Shown: in pieces, positions 46,655 through 58,527 of the stretch | Layout: every line of letters begins with the position of its first letter | Position numbering within the stretch: position 1 is the stretch's first letter | NCBI GenBank assembly: GCA_051942205.1 | Contig: JAVECO010000063.1 | Location: 1 to 64,000 of the forward strand | Reading direction: 5' to 3' | DNA: 64,000 nucleotides | Source of the DNA: Coniocarpon cinnabarinum | Lineage: Eukaryota | Made by a program: the position numbers and the translations under genes | Notes under the pieces: generated by a model | Databases searched by the model: none | The model's input: the letters and a program-made list of their open reading frames with translations, nothing else | What the model was told of the DNA's origin: nothing

Positions 46655-48325
46655 TCACACTTCCCCTAGCTCGCCTCCAACTCCGACCATGCGTCCTACT
46701 GCAGCTGCAGCGATGGGAGGCACTGTGCCGACTTCTGTGATTATGGCATCTATCATGTCTGGGGGTGTGACGTCGTGAAGCAGATTCATTAGATACAGGT
46801 TGTCATTCTCTCGCCATCCCACGAGTCGGCCTCCTAGTGTCAGGTTCTCACTTGTGTCCTTTCCTTTCTCATGTGTCATCACGTTTGCGTTCTTGGACCT
46901 TTCCTTTACAGTATCTTGAAGCTCTGGTTCCGGCGTCGTGAGCTCGTCTTCAGGCGCGAGTTCAGCGACCGCTAAACTCCCAGTACCCAAGACCGCTCGC
47001 TCCGCGCAGTTCAAGCTCTCCGCCAAAACAAGAATTTGGGCTCCTGGGCATTCCGTGCGAACGGCTATGGCTACCTGAGCTTGTCCTGCGCGACCCAGCA
47101 CAGTGCCATTACTGTAAACTGAACTTGCACCAAGAATGGCCTTGGTTACTGGAGACAACATTAGGTGCGCATGCAGCTGCGAAAGCGGGACATATGTTAA
47201 TGATGTGATGCCGCCATCGACGAAATCTTTTGAGGCGCGTCTTTGATCTTTATGTTGGTACTCAAAATCCAGCTGCAAAGTTGACAAAGAGTTTGACATC
47301 GCACGCCCTTCCCACAATGGTCTTCCGGCATCCACGCATACAACACCAAATCTTTTACCGTGGAGCGCTGCCTCGCGTAGACTGCCGCACACTGCTGTAC
47401 TCTTTCCAAAAACCAGTATCTCATCTCCGTCTTCTATCAAGCCTGGCTGAATGCCCTTCTGTTCATTTGTTGTATCAGGGGTGCCGGCCACCGCTTGTGC
47501 GATGAGTTTATCCGCAAGTGTGAACCTTTCACGTATGAAGTCATCGATAGAACCGAGTATGGTGTTTATGGCTGATGCCTCCGGCATTGATGGATCCAGA
47601 GTTGCGATGCGATTCTTCAGCCACCTAACCGCATTACTCTGCGCTGTGCAGAACGGTCTTCCATGAGTCTTGACATGATTCAGTTGCGCTGATAATCCGC
47701 GACTGCTCAGATCCCGCGGCAAAGAGGTCCCTTGAGGTGTCGTATAGCTTTGTATTACTGCTTTAAGGGCAAGCAGAAGCCCTACGGTCCGCGCCTGCGA
47801 TCCACAGAGCTTGTACGACTCAAGGTGCAAAGCCAATGTTTGGACCGATGGATGTACGTCTTTGTGTGCTGGAGGATGGAGGAGCTGGGAGACAGCTGGA
47901 CGGCGTCGTGAGTTGTAGAGATGTGCCAGGAAGGGAAGCTGCTTGGCTTTCTGCGCTTTCGGTTTTGAAGGTGGTTTGCTAGCTTGTGTGATAGATGGGC
48001 GTCGCGCGCGCGTGGGTAGCTGTTGCGGTGTGGATTTCGAAGTGTTTGACTGCTGCGACTGTCTCCTCTGCTCTGGCTTCCCAGTCTGTCCATCAGCAGT
48101 CGTTGCCGTACCCTGAGCGCTCGAAGATCCATCCTCTTTCTGCGCCGCCCTTCGTGCTGCCTTTTCAAGCTTGGCCGCAGCTTTTCTTTGGGCGCCTGTA
48201 AGCTCTTTTGCTGGAGCTTCTGATGTCCCTGCATCCGTTACACTAGCAGGGATTGTGGAGTCTGACATTGCAGGTCTGGCGATGGTAGAGTCAACAGACG
48301 CGTGGTCAGCGGAATTGGATGCCAT
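46655..48325 (-). CDS. GCD2: Translation initiation factor eIF2B delta subunit
   Basis: VHPSV, CGSQART, YTTPQGTSLPRDL, RPFCTAQSNAVRWLK, LMNLLHDVTPPDMIDAIITEVG. Confidence 0.88.
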   Translation of the reverse strand: MASNSADHASVDSTIARPAMSDSTIPASVTDAGTSEAPAKELTGAQRKAAAKLEKAARRAAQKEDGSSSAQGTATTADGQTGKPEQRRQSQQSNTSKSTPQQLPTRARRPSITQASKPPSKPKAQKAKQLPFLAHLYNSRRRPAVSQLLHPPAHKDVHPSVQTLALHLESYKLCGSQARTVGLLLALKAVIQSYTTPQGTSLPRDLSSRGLSAQLNHVKTHGRPFCTAQSNAVRWLKNRIATLDPSMPEASAINTILGSIDDFIRERFTLADKLIAQAVAGTPDTTNEQKGIQPGLIEDGDEILVFGKSTAVCGSLREAALHGKRFGVVCVDAGRPLWEGRAMSNSLSTLQLDFEYQHKDQRRASKDFVDGGITSLTYVPLSQLHAHLMLSPVTKAILGASSVYSNGTVLGRAGQAQVAIAVRTECPGAQILVLAESLNCAERAVLGTGSLAVAELAPEDELTTPEPELQDTVKERSKNANVMTHEKGKDTSENLTLGGRLVGWRENDNLYLMNLLHDVTPPDMIDAIITEVGTVPPIAAAAVGRMVGVGGELGEV

Positions 48326-48724
48326 GCTTGGAGGAAGCGGCGAAGAGCGTAGTGCAATACACTTCAACTGGGCATTTTAAGGACCCTCCAACTGGTGGTA
48401 TGACGTCGAGTCATGTTGACGCAGGATCTTAACCAACGTGGGGAGCTCTGATGCAGTACTCAGTCTTCTATTTAAACAGGACCAGTAATCCAAAGCTGGC
48501 GCGAGTCATGTATATTTACTAACCACGTGCTAACCTAGCAGAGCAGACACTGCTAGTTTTAAAATCACTTGATGGAGTGCCCAGTGCAACGAATCTGATT
48601 TAGAGCATGGGCAATGCGCTAGGCCTCCTTGTATGTACACATCCAGTGTGTCCTCAATGTGCCCAACGCCGTCGCTATGCTATAAGTTATGCGATTGTAT
48701 CTGGCTGGGGAATTTCTCAAGTGG

Positions 48725-49972
48725 TCACTGTGCGACTTTTTGCGGTGCCGACGTAGATCCCTTAGAACCAATAGGAATCGCTTCTTCCACGCCTCGCTGA
48801 AGCTCTGCCAGTGACAGATGATCACCACCCTTTAGATACATCTCATATTCGCCAATCTTCCCACCAGCCTTCAGCCACCGTTGCTTCATCGCGATCCTAC
48901 GCTCTTCGCACATCCTGCAAAGCGCTGGCCAATACTGCTTGTGGTCATACTCGAACTCAGCATCTCCGCCGTACTCTGGATCGAGTTGCGAAGGTGGGAT
49001 GTATTTTCGAAGGTCTTGATTGAATACCATTTTCTCTCTGGTCACGGGATCGATGAACGGGCTAATCAGTTTGAAGAAGGTGTTAATATACCATGGCACT
49101 ACTTCAAGTCAGCATGAAGCAATCGTTGTACAGCTCTCAAAGGCCAACGCACGCTCAGCAATACAGGCCTTGCCCAGGCGTTCGGGATAATGACCTTGCA
49201 AGATGTTCAAGACCTGCTTTCCTTGACCAACACTAGGACTTCCTCCGGAGGTGGCTCCTCGGAAATTGATAAGCAGTGCCGAAGTCTCCTGTCCAGGTGG
49301 CATCATGTCGATCACGCGCTCCAGCATGAAGACCATGTGCTGAATCTGTCTCTCGCTCTTTTTAGTGTTCTGCTTGCCAGGATTCATGTACAAACATGGC
49401 CGAGCGTCATTGTCGAAGCCGAAAATGTGCTGCTTGCCAGTTTCTGATTCGACCGAAACAAGTTCGCCCGTGATCTCTTCAACTTTGTATTCACGGCGCC
49501 AGATCAGAGTATCTTGTACTCGCTTCTCCGCACTGTCTAGACTCCAGTTTGTGGCGCGAAGATATCGCAAAAGGCATTCTCGAGTGAGCCAGAAGCGCTC
49601 GTTCTCTGTAAGAGGCTCTTGAACAGCGCGTTTTTCGGTCGATATGGGAATGTTCTTCCAGCCTTGGACTCTCTTATGCAGCTCAGCATATTTTGAGCCC
49701 TGTTCAGCCGTCAGCGGCGGCCGTTCTACTGGTTTGCATGTGGACAGCGGTCTTTCAAGAGGGATGCGGACAGGGCCTTTGGGCTGTTCGGAATCTGATG
49801 CAGCGGAAGAGAGATCCGTCGACGCAGCCGCAGATGGCTGAGCAGACTGGAGAGTGGAGGCTTCACTTGGCTCTTCTTGTGGCGTCGTATACTCGCTGTG
49901 AAATCCGGACTGCAAGCTCTTCTCGTCCTTTATTGAAAGATCCTTGAGATCCAGTGAGGTTGCTGCAGCCAT
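48725..49972 (-). CDS. CRAL-TRIO (Sec14-like) phosphatidylinositol transfer protein, PDR16/SFH3-like
   Basis: WLTRECLLRYLRAT, ESETGKQ, LQGHYPERLG, FFKLISPFIDPVTREK; one intron. Confidence 0.92.
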
Positions 49973-50346
49973 GACGTGCTTCGGTGGGGCTGGAACTTCC
50001 AATTATACCAGAGGGAGCAAGTACCGCGGCTGGAAGATAATGACTATTTTTGTTGAGCTCCGCAGAAGACGTTCACGGGAGCAAGAAGATAAGAGGCGCT
50101 GTGACGAGAGGAGGTTGTGATGCAACTTGCCTCCACCTATATTCGCCAGTGACGAGTAGAATCAAAAGCCGAGCGGGAACGTCTTGCAACAGGATACATC
50201 GTCGGTCACTGCCCCAGAGGTACCAAGCGCTGACCGCCCTTTGTGTCCACCGCCCCTACCCCAACTTCGCACAATGAATCGGGCACCTTTTCCGCCGACC
50301 AAACGGGACAAAATCCGCAGTTTCTCAATGAGGGTCCGCCTCAGCC

Positions 50347-50398
50347 CTGTCACGTGTCTTCTGTCACGTGCTCCAAAGCGCGACGCGTCCCGACGCGT
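50347..50398. promoter_or_regulatory. Two GTCACGTG (Cbf1-type E-box) sites and two MCB (ACGCGT) elements upstream of POL12
   Basis: ctgtcacgtg at 50347 and 50361; ACGCGT at 50383 and 50393. Confidence 0.65.
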
Positions 50399-50493
50399 GC
50401 TCCACATTGCTTGGCCATGCAGTACAATGTGCGTCTCGTCTTCCTACCGACCATCTGAACGACGAAGTCAATCCACTTACACTTACGGCAACC

Positions 50494-52509
50494 ATGACGA
50501 CGGAAAACACGCCTGCCGAACTCAACGACCTCTTTGCTTCTCCATCGCAGCCTCTAGACTCCTCTCTTATCAATGAGCTTCTCTCGATCCTACGCCTACA
50601 CGACCTTACTCCACAAGAGCTTTTCTACAAGTGGGAGTCTTATAGCATCAAGCTTTGTGGCAGTGAACGCTTGACACTTAATCTACAGCGCGCTCGCGAT
50701 CTAAAACGTGATATCCAAGATACTCTGGAGCGAGAAACAAGAGGCAAATCCCATCATGCTCGAGTGGAAAGACGCGCCGCGGGCGCGACTCCTCGTGTCA
50801 CTGGGCGAGGAGCTGATGCCGGGGACATGTTTGGCATGATGGATGGTGTCGTACAAACGCCTCTACAATCTTCCGTGACGACGACGGGTACCACGAAGCG
50901 CAAGTCTGAGTTTGCTACACCGGCTCACAAAGTCTCGAAACAAAGCGCAGAAAGCTCGCCGCTCGATCCTAAAGCCTCGATCGGGTCGAGTAAGGGAAGC
51001 GTTTCCTTCGCTAACAGGCAACACTCGGGAGAGATCATCGAGACTCTCAATGACACGCTCGCCATTCCTGAGCCGCCGTCAGCCCCCTTCACCACATCGC
51101 GAATAGCCCTGAAGGCCAATTCTGATCTCAAAAAGTTCGCGTACAAGACCATGTCTATGCATCTATCCTCAGCGTCGGAGATACTCGACGACCGCATAGA
51201 TGAATTTTTGAACCTCGTGCAAGACCACCATCAGATCGAAGACGGCGCGTTTGGTAATCCAGCCATGCAAAGCACAGCTGAAATCGTCGCAGTGGGTCGT
51301 ATTGCTTGCGACACCCCAGAAAGCAGCTTGAAAACCGGTTCAGTAGTGCTGGAAACCAGTCGACGGACAGGCGCAGGTCTTCGTGTGCCCCTGCAACTAG
51401 ACAGCGTCAGTCAATTCGAACTGTTTCCCGGCAAAATTGTCGCAGTCAAGGGCAAGAACGCTTCCGGCGACACTTTCACTGTCTCAGAGTTCCTCTCGCT
51501 GCCTGCGTTGAAACTACCCGCTACTCCTCCAAATCAGCTCCTTGATATCAACACCCGACTCCGAGGCGAGGAGAGTGCGGAGTCGGGCCCCATACAGCCA
51601 CTGAACATCCTTGCAGCGGCAGGACCTTACACCTCTGAGCACGATCTCGCATACGAGCCGCTCAACGCCTTGATTGACCGAGCTATTAGCACGTCAGCAG
51701 ATGCTCTAGTTCTACTCGGGCCCTTCCTAGACATTGAACATCCCCTAGTGCGTACTGGACAATTTTCAGGTATAGCCGGCCTTGACACAGACACCACTAC
51801 CTTAACCGATGTGTTTCGTGCTCTTGTAGCGCTCCCTCTACAAAGACTCGCGAAGCAGTTGCCTGGCCTGCGCATCGTCATGGTTCCTTCAGTCAGAGAC
51901 GTGATCAGTAAGCATGCAGCCTGGCCTCAAGACAGGCTTCTGCGAAAAGAATTGCAGCTACCCAAGCAGTGTGACATGGCGCCGAACCCTGTGATGCTAT
52001 CTTTCAATGAGGTCATGATCGGACTGTCGTGCCATGACAGCCTGTATGACCTGCGCTGGGAGCAGCTTGTTGGTGGCACCGAGAAGACAAAGAAGGATCC
52101 ACTCGCACGCTTAGCAGGCCATTTGATTGAGCAGCGTCACTTTGCCCCTCTTTACCCGCCCAGGGGACGCGATGAGTTAGTCAAGCCTAGCATCGCAGAT
52201 GCTTTGGAAGAAGAAGGCGAGGTGAAAGCCACGGGAGCAATGCTGGATGTCGGTTATGTTGCGCTGGGCGACTGGTACACATGCAAGCCGGACGTCTTGC
52301 TCACGCCGAGTCTTTTGAATCCCTTTGTGAAGGTCGTTGATGGGGTGACGGTAGTTAATCCTGGATCAGTCATGAGAAAGAGCAATGTCGGCAGTTTCGC
52401 ACATCTATACGTACATGCGCGGCAAGTGAGCGACGAAGAACGAGTCGCCGGTGACCTCATCCCCCACGCTGTGTATGAACGTACGAGGATAGATGTGGTC
52501 AAGGTCTAG
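50494..52509 (+). CDS. POL12: DNA polymerase alpha-primase B subunit
   Basis: LFYKWESY, VAVGRIACD, LETSRRTGAG, LFPGKIVAVKG, GPFLDIEHP, VVNPG; intronless. Confidence 0.95.
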   Translation: MTTENTPAELNDLFASPSQPLDSSLINELLSILRLHDLTPQELFYKWESYSIKLCGSERLTLNLQRARDLKRDIQDTLERETRGKSHHARVERRAAGATPRVTGRGADAGDMFGMMDGVVQTPLQSSVTTTGTTKRKSEFATPAHKVSKQSAESSPLDPKASIGSSKGSVSFANRQHSGEIIETLNDTLAIPEPPSAPFTTSRIALKANSDLKKFAYKTMSMHLSSASEILDDRIDEFLNLVQDHHQIEDGAFGNPAMQSTAEIVAVGRIACDTPESSLKTGSVVLETSRRTGAGLRVPLQLDSVSQFELFPGKIVAVKGKNASGDTFTVSEFLSLPALKLPATPPNQLLDINTRLRGEESAESGPIQPLNILAAAGPYTSEHDLAYEPLNALIDRAISTSADALVLLGPFLDIEHPLVRTGQFSGIAGLDTDTTTLTDVFRALVALPLQRLAKQLPGLRIVMVPSVRDVISKHAAWPQDRLLRKELQLPKQCDMAPNPVMLSFNEVMIGLSCHDSLYDLRWEQLVGGTEKTKKDPLARLAGHLIEQRHFAPLYPPRGRDELVKPSIADALEEEGEVKATGAMLDVGYVALGDWYTCKPDVLLTPSLLNPFVKVVDGVTVVNPGSVMRKSNVGSFAHLYVHARQVSDEERVAGDLIPHAVYERTRIDVVKV

Positions 52510-52937
52510 GAAGTTCTCAAGCAGGTCTCAATGTGATCAGCATGATCTTCCGCCAGTCCCTTGTGAGTCCACTGCGACCAGAGACTGGTTCGAGTTAACC
52601 GAGTGCTACCAGTACTTTTCTCACGGCCGTTCAGCAGCATCCTCGGCCTTTGTGTATGACAAGGTCCAAGTGTAGGCAGTGACAGGCAGCCCTGTCAGGT
52701 GGTTGCTAACACAAATGCATCATGGCATGCACATACCCGCCACTATCCGCTGGTCGGCGTATTCACGTGTCACCACTAGCTACACAGAGATATAAAAGAC
52801 GTCTTCATCCTCGTTTCGTGCTTCCCACCTGTTTCTACACCGACTTTACTTAGCGTCGATCAAGCTCAAACACAAGGCAGTCCTCCATTGCCCAACCCCA
52901 GCTGTCAACGCAATCGAAACAAACGAAACCACGCAAT

Positions 52938-53117
52938 ATGCAGTTTCACGCCCTCATTGTGGCTGCTCTTGCTGCCATCGTTACTGCAGCCCCGCCGAAT
53001 TTCAATGTCCTCGCTCGCCAAGCTGACTGCAGCGCTTGTCCGAAGTGTGGCCCGGGGGGAAGCTGCCCTAATGACTATGTCTGCAACTCCAACGACTTTT
53101 GCATCGGACCGCCCTGA
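52938..53117 (+). CDS. Small secreted cysteine-rich prepropeptide (59 aa, 6 Cys)
   Basis: MQFHALIVAALAAIVTA-APPNFNVLAR-QADCSACPKCGPGGSCPNDYVCNSNDFCIGPP*. TATAAAA at 52791. Below the ORF-track cutoff. Confidence 0.85.
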   Translation: MQFHALIVAALAAIVTAAPPNFNVLARQADCSACPKCGPGGSCPNDYVCNSNDFCIGPP

Positions 53118-53701
53118 AGCCAAGCAAGTAAGCGCTGTACCCCTGGCTTTGATGAGATTGTTGCTCACGAAGACAGTGGTCGGCGATGCGGTCTGTTGAG
53201 ATCTTCACTGTCTGGAATATCGGACCAGCATTCGTTTCCCACTCGCTGAGGCTCCTCTCTGACCAGGTACTTACGGGGGACGGACAACCTCGTGGAAGAT
53301 TTCGATGTATTCCGTGCACTTCGACGCAATAGAAATTCTCTGGCGTTGGGCTTGTCACTTGGCGAACAAGTAGGTGTTCTTTGCCGACGTTCAAAGCGGG
53401 GGAACCGATGAACCTACTATACTTCCACCAATTCGTCAGCCACACGGCGCTTACATCTTCATCGCATGGAGTTCCCGGTAATAAGTTCCAGTATCATCTC
53501 TCCGCCAGTGGCCCTCCGCGACAGCAACCCGTTGACCCTTTTCTTGACCTAGAGTGCTGTCCACCATGCGTTTTTTCCACTTCATCATGAAGTCCCTCGG
53601 CGCCGTGTCCATCGTTGCCTTTCCAATATTTCACACTCTGTATGAGAATATCTTCATGCGTGCATCAGATCGGTGGTAACCAAAGTAGGCCAACCGAATC
53701 C

Positions 53702-53720
53702 AAAAAAAAAAAAAAAAAAA
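53702..53720. repeat. A19 homopolymer just downstream of the permease stop codon
   Basis: Seen directly in the sequence. Confidence 0.95.
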
Positions 53721-53755
53721 CACAACTCGCTTCATTTGGCAGAGTATTTAGTCGG

Positions 53756-55712
53756 TCAGAAGACCTCAATATCATGAATTTGCTGATTAACATCCAGGGA
53801 GACCTCAATCACAGGACCCGTGTATGTCTTGCGCGCCCAGAACAGCCAATACACAAGGCTTCCAGCCACCGTGCCCGCCACAACCACAATCGCCCAATTC
53901 ATGGTCGTAGCGTCGGGGTTGGGTGCTTGCGGCCAGAAAGAGAAGAACGCCCCTACAGCACTATATGCCAGGGAGAACAGCAGAATTGGCACCGCTGCGC
54001 GACCGAGGGTGAAGGGCCCGTACCGCAACGGCATGCCTTTTAACTTCTGCCACAGCAGGCAGCTCGCGGCAATCATGTAGGAGGCGTAAGCGGCTGAGAC
54101 TGTGATCGATGCAAAGGCGTTGAAGGCGGCGGTCGAGCCAATCACGATCAATGCAAGGCAGCCGTTCAGGCCGGTCGTGACGAAGATGGCGTAATATGGT
54201 AAAGGGTATCTCCCAGTGACCTGTGCGCAGATGAGTTGGTTGGAAGAGCTCGTAGTGATGGTCTTTTCTTATTGCATACCTTGCCCACATACGGATGAAA
54301 GGGAATTCCTCGCTCACGAGCAAAGGCCCAGAGCATGCGCGACGACGTCCCAACCCATCCGATCACGCAGAATAAGATGATGACAAGTATGACTGTCGCC
54401 TTCGCACAGTCAGCGACCTCTCGGACAATTTCGCAATGTGTTTGAAAGCGAGCGCGTGTCAGAAGCGATGAAATCCTACCATTCCAGTAGCCCCTCCGTT
54501 CGATCCCACTGCTTGAGCAAAGATCTCCAGAAATGGCTGTCCAGTAGGAGATTCGATTGCATCATTGATATTATCAGCACAATAAAGAACCGCAACCAGA
54601 AGCCCGAACCCAGTGGCTCCATTGATACAAGTAGCGGCAATCATTGCACGTGGTATCACGACGCTTGCGTTTTCGATTTCTTCCGCTTGGATGACCATGT
54701 TAGAAGCTGTTTTACAAGACAGAGAGGAGTACCCACCGAGATGACTAGCACCATCTACGCCTATGAACGTCAACATCGACACCGCGCTGCCAATCATGAA
54801 CGAGACCCCCATCGTAGGCCACTGCTCCTGATTCAAGAAAGTTTGCCAAACATCAGAATCCGGCGACTTCGATCCTAGCTTCACCAGAGGAATAAGTATT
54901 CCCAAAAAACCAAAAATATGGAGCATCAGGACCGCTGATTCGATACTTGGCAGGAGGCGAGCAAGGACAGTGTTTACAAAGAGACAGGTAGTGAGAATGG
55001 CGAGCATAATGAGTGTGAGTTGCCAGCGTGTTGGTGCGTATGAAGGATAGTTGAGCACGGCAAGGGCTTGTATGATTGCGGCTGCTAAGTAAACGGCGCT
55101 GGCGGCGGCGCCTTGCGAGGCGACGACGGTGATCCAGCCTGTGAGGTAGCTGAGGAAACGGGAGAAAGATGGAGGCGCGAGCACTGACACTCTGGCCATG
55201 GATGGTTACCATCGACGTCCAACGTGCCTCCAACACACAACATACCAATTGTACTCTCCGCCGGCTATTGGCATCCTGAAAGTCATAAGCATCATGACAT
55301 ACGTGACGAGCCGTCCTGCTTACGAACATGGAAGCCAATTCAGCAAGTACGAAACATTGTGACAGGACGCCAACCCAAGCCAATATAAACTCGCAAAGAG
55401 CGCCTGATGGTCCACCATTTGCCAGCGACTGAGGCAAGACACTTTACAATGTCAGCAGCGTCTCGAGGCGACCTTCATACTGTCCAAGTCAACCTACATG
55501 ATGATAGTCTCCCACGTCACCATCAGAGTGCACACCAGCCCAATAATGGGAGTGATCCCAAACTGGCGTTGCAACCGCTGTTTCTTGCCAAATTGCGCGA
55601 GTTCGATTTCGTCCTTGTTATACGATTTCGGTTCTATATCGACGGGATAGCTGCCTCTTCTCGCTTCACCTCGAGGAGTTTCCGTGTCGAGCTTGAGGTC
55701 GTGTGAAGTCAT
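53756..55712 (-). CDS. Amino acid/polyamine permease (APC family, GABA/choline transporter-like), multi-exon
   Basis: GKKQRLQRQFG, NGGPSG, LAELASM, AEEIENASVVIPRAM, SSRMLWAFARERGIP, MNWA. Confidence 0.92.
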
Positions 55713-57526
55713 TGCGACGCAACTCAGACAGTGATTAGAGAGGCGATAGTTGCAGAGGGCGCCTCAATCTAGGGCAACTCTGTGTTCTAATAAAAGGTGG
55801 CATGAGTGAGCAGTGGGAGATGTAATCGCTTGTGCGTGACAGCTGTCAATGGCCGTTCGACAACAAGAGCCTAGAGCTGCAAGATGTCCGCATTAAGCGA
55901 CCACTTGCAGATATCAACGAGACGGCCAGCGAATTATGCATAAGCCCACTTGACGCCGAGCCGCTGAGCTCCCTAGTCCGGCGATCCTATCCTGCAGCTT
56001 GAGTGTCTCACAAGAAACATTCATCCAAACCTGGAAAACGGTCTATGCTTGGTACTCATTACACGTGACCCGCTAAGCTCCAATTATTTCATATATCGCA
56101 ACATGCGACAGTGAACTGCACTGCAAATCACATCATGTCCGAGGTTGGGTTGTGTAAGTCATGGCGTAAACAAGGAATCATTCCAAAAGCACCCTACATG
56201 TGCCTTTATTAGAAACATCCTACAGTTAAATTGGTCGAGTAGAATCACGCCCTGTATCTGCTCGAGAGATCAACGCTAGAGACAAAAGTCTTAACAAGGT
56301 CTTAGAAGTTTAAGAAAATAATGTGATATTTGCGCTGCGGCATTTGCGCCACGATTTCTGGTACTATACCTTTGTCTCTCGCTCGGATCCAGATTGATCG
56401 CTGCGAAATGCTTGTCTAGCGTATATTGTTGCATAAGCGCCTCGCCTGCGGATTGGTTAGTGATCTGCCGGTAAAGCGGGGCAAGAGGCAGTAAGGTGTA
56501 TCAGAAGTAATTCTCACGACGACCGCGCCGCATTAAACTCTGAGAAATGGCGGACATCGAAGCGCAAAGTGATAGTGGTAGAATCCTCATCAGCACACGG
56601 CTTTCATAGGAGAGAAAATACACTGGCGACGCAAATCTGGAGGACAGGAAATGTGGGATATCGTTTTCGAAGTTTGGAAAACACGAGTAACGAGGATTAC
56701 TTTTGAAAGCCAAAGCACAAGAAGATTCGGCTGCAGTACGGGGTATCTTGAATTCAATGTTCAGATTCGCTCACGGAGGCAGTGGTTTTTCACCCTTGAT
56801 TTCTTCAACATCACTTCTGGGTAGTTAGATGAGCCTCACTAGTGTAGCTTTGAGCTCTCATCACGTCCCTGTACCTAGATGTGCCTTCGAGATATTGGGA
56901 GATCTGGGATCCATTACAGGAGGACGGACACAGTATATGGCCGCTTTGGTAACATTAACGAATGGCGTTTGCCTTCCAAAGACGGCCGAGATGTTGCGAG
57001 TATAGTTGTCGTTGCTACTACTGATCAGCCTTGTCGTATCTAAAGTATCCGCCACTGATCCAGGAAGTACCACAATCAGCGCACGGGAGTCGGTACAACC
57101 TGAAGGTAGACGGCTCTGTCCAAGACTATACTGTGACCCTGCCTCTGCAATCTACATTTTGCCTCGTTTGACAGGCAAGTGGGAGAGACCTCAGCTCATT
57201 CCAAGGCCAATTCTTGCAATAGACGTACCGTTTCATACTCACATACTGCCCAACAAGAAGCCACCCCAATTTGCCTTCTATCACAAGTCTGGAAATATCC
57301 CAGCCAGGTGGTGCGCGCTTATGCTCTTTGTTTAAGGAGCTCTCCCACATTTGGCCGCCTCCGTTGCACCATCTCCGTCACACGTATTCTTGTAGGACAT
57401 CATGTAAGCATCGTTGTTCCTCCGTGTCCTGCCCAAACAGCTCCACTAATGTTCCGTGCCTCAAGTGACGCTCTCCGCAAATCATTCTCTTCTTTCCGGG
57501 GCAGGAAGAGAGAATCGGAGCCAGAT

Positions 57527-58527
57527 ATGCCCCTCAACTCCCAGCAGAAGAGCGCTGTATCGCAATTTGCCAACGTCACAGATGCCGACAAGAAGACTGC
57601 TGAGAAGGTCCGTTATCCCACTCAATAATATCTATTCAATCCCGGAGTTGACACCAGGGCAGTTGCTAAAACAGCATTCGTGGAACGTCCAACGAGCCAT
57701 TGATGCGTACGTGTTCCCTTCTGACTCTGATAAGTCCCCCTATCAGCTCATGTAGCATCTCCAGGTACTTCTCTAGCTCTTCCGCCGCGTCACAAAATTC
57801 CCACGCCTCCGCTCTATCCCAACAGTTTGACCGTTACCGTGATGACCCAAAATCCGAGCCCGACCTCATCCGCATAGGCGGTGCGCAGAAATACCTGACA
57901 GACCTGCATGTCTCGCTCGACCAGTTTGAAGTACTGTTATTACACACCCTTCTCGGGTCTCCAACGCTGGGGACTTTCGAGCGCGCGAAATTCACGAGCG
58001 GATGGGCACAGCATGGAGCGTCGACCGCGCAACAGCAGCAAAACACGATTGCGCGATTGACGGGCGCCGTGAATAGTAGCAATGCAGCCGCGACGCTGCC
58101 TGGACCCATTGTCGACGTCACAGGAGGGAGTAATCATGGCAGTGAAACGTTATTCAAGCGTGTCTACCGACATACGTTCCAACTTGCATTACCAACGGAG
58201 CCTGCGAATGCACGATCCGTGCCTCTGGAAATGGCGTCCGAGTTCTGGCGCTTGCTGCTGGGTCAGAACTCGCCCGGACTGGTTTGGGCGGGGAAGAAGA
58301 ACAAGACGCCATGGCTGGACTGGTGGATTGACTTCCTCAATGAACGGGGCGGCAAAGCCGTGAGCCGTGATTTGTGGGTGCAGACGTTAGAATTTGCCCG
58401 ACAGAGTAGCGAAGACGAGGCCTTGTCGTTTTGGAGTGAGGATGCAGCGTGGCCGGGAATGATTGATGAATATGTGGGATGGGTGAAGGAGAAGAGGGAG
58501 AAAGAGGGTAAGATGGACGTGAGCTGA
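57527..58527 (+). CDS. DCN1: Defective in cullin neddylation protein 1 (UBA + PONY)
   Basis: UBA-like MPLNSQQKSAVSQF...WNVQRAIDAYF. Introns 57608-57662 and 57707-57764. VSRDLW, WSEDAAWPGMIDEYV. Confidence 0.92.
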
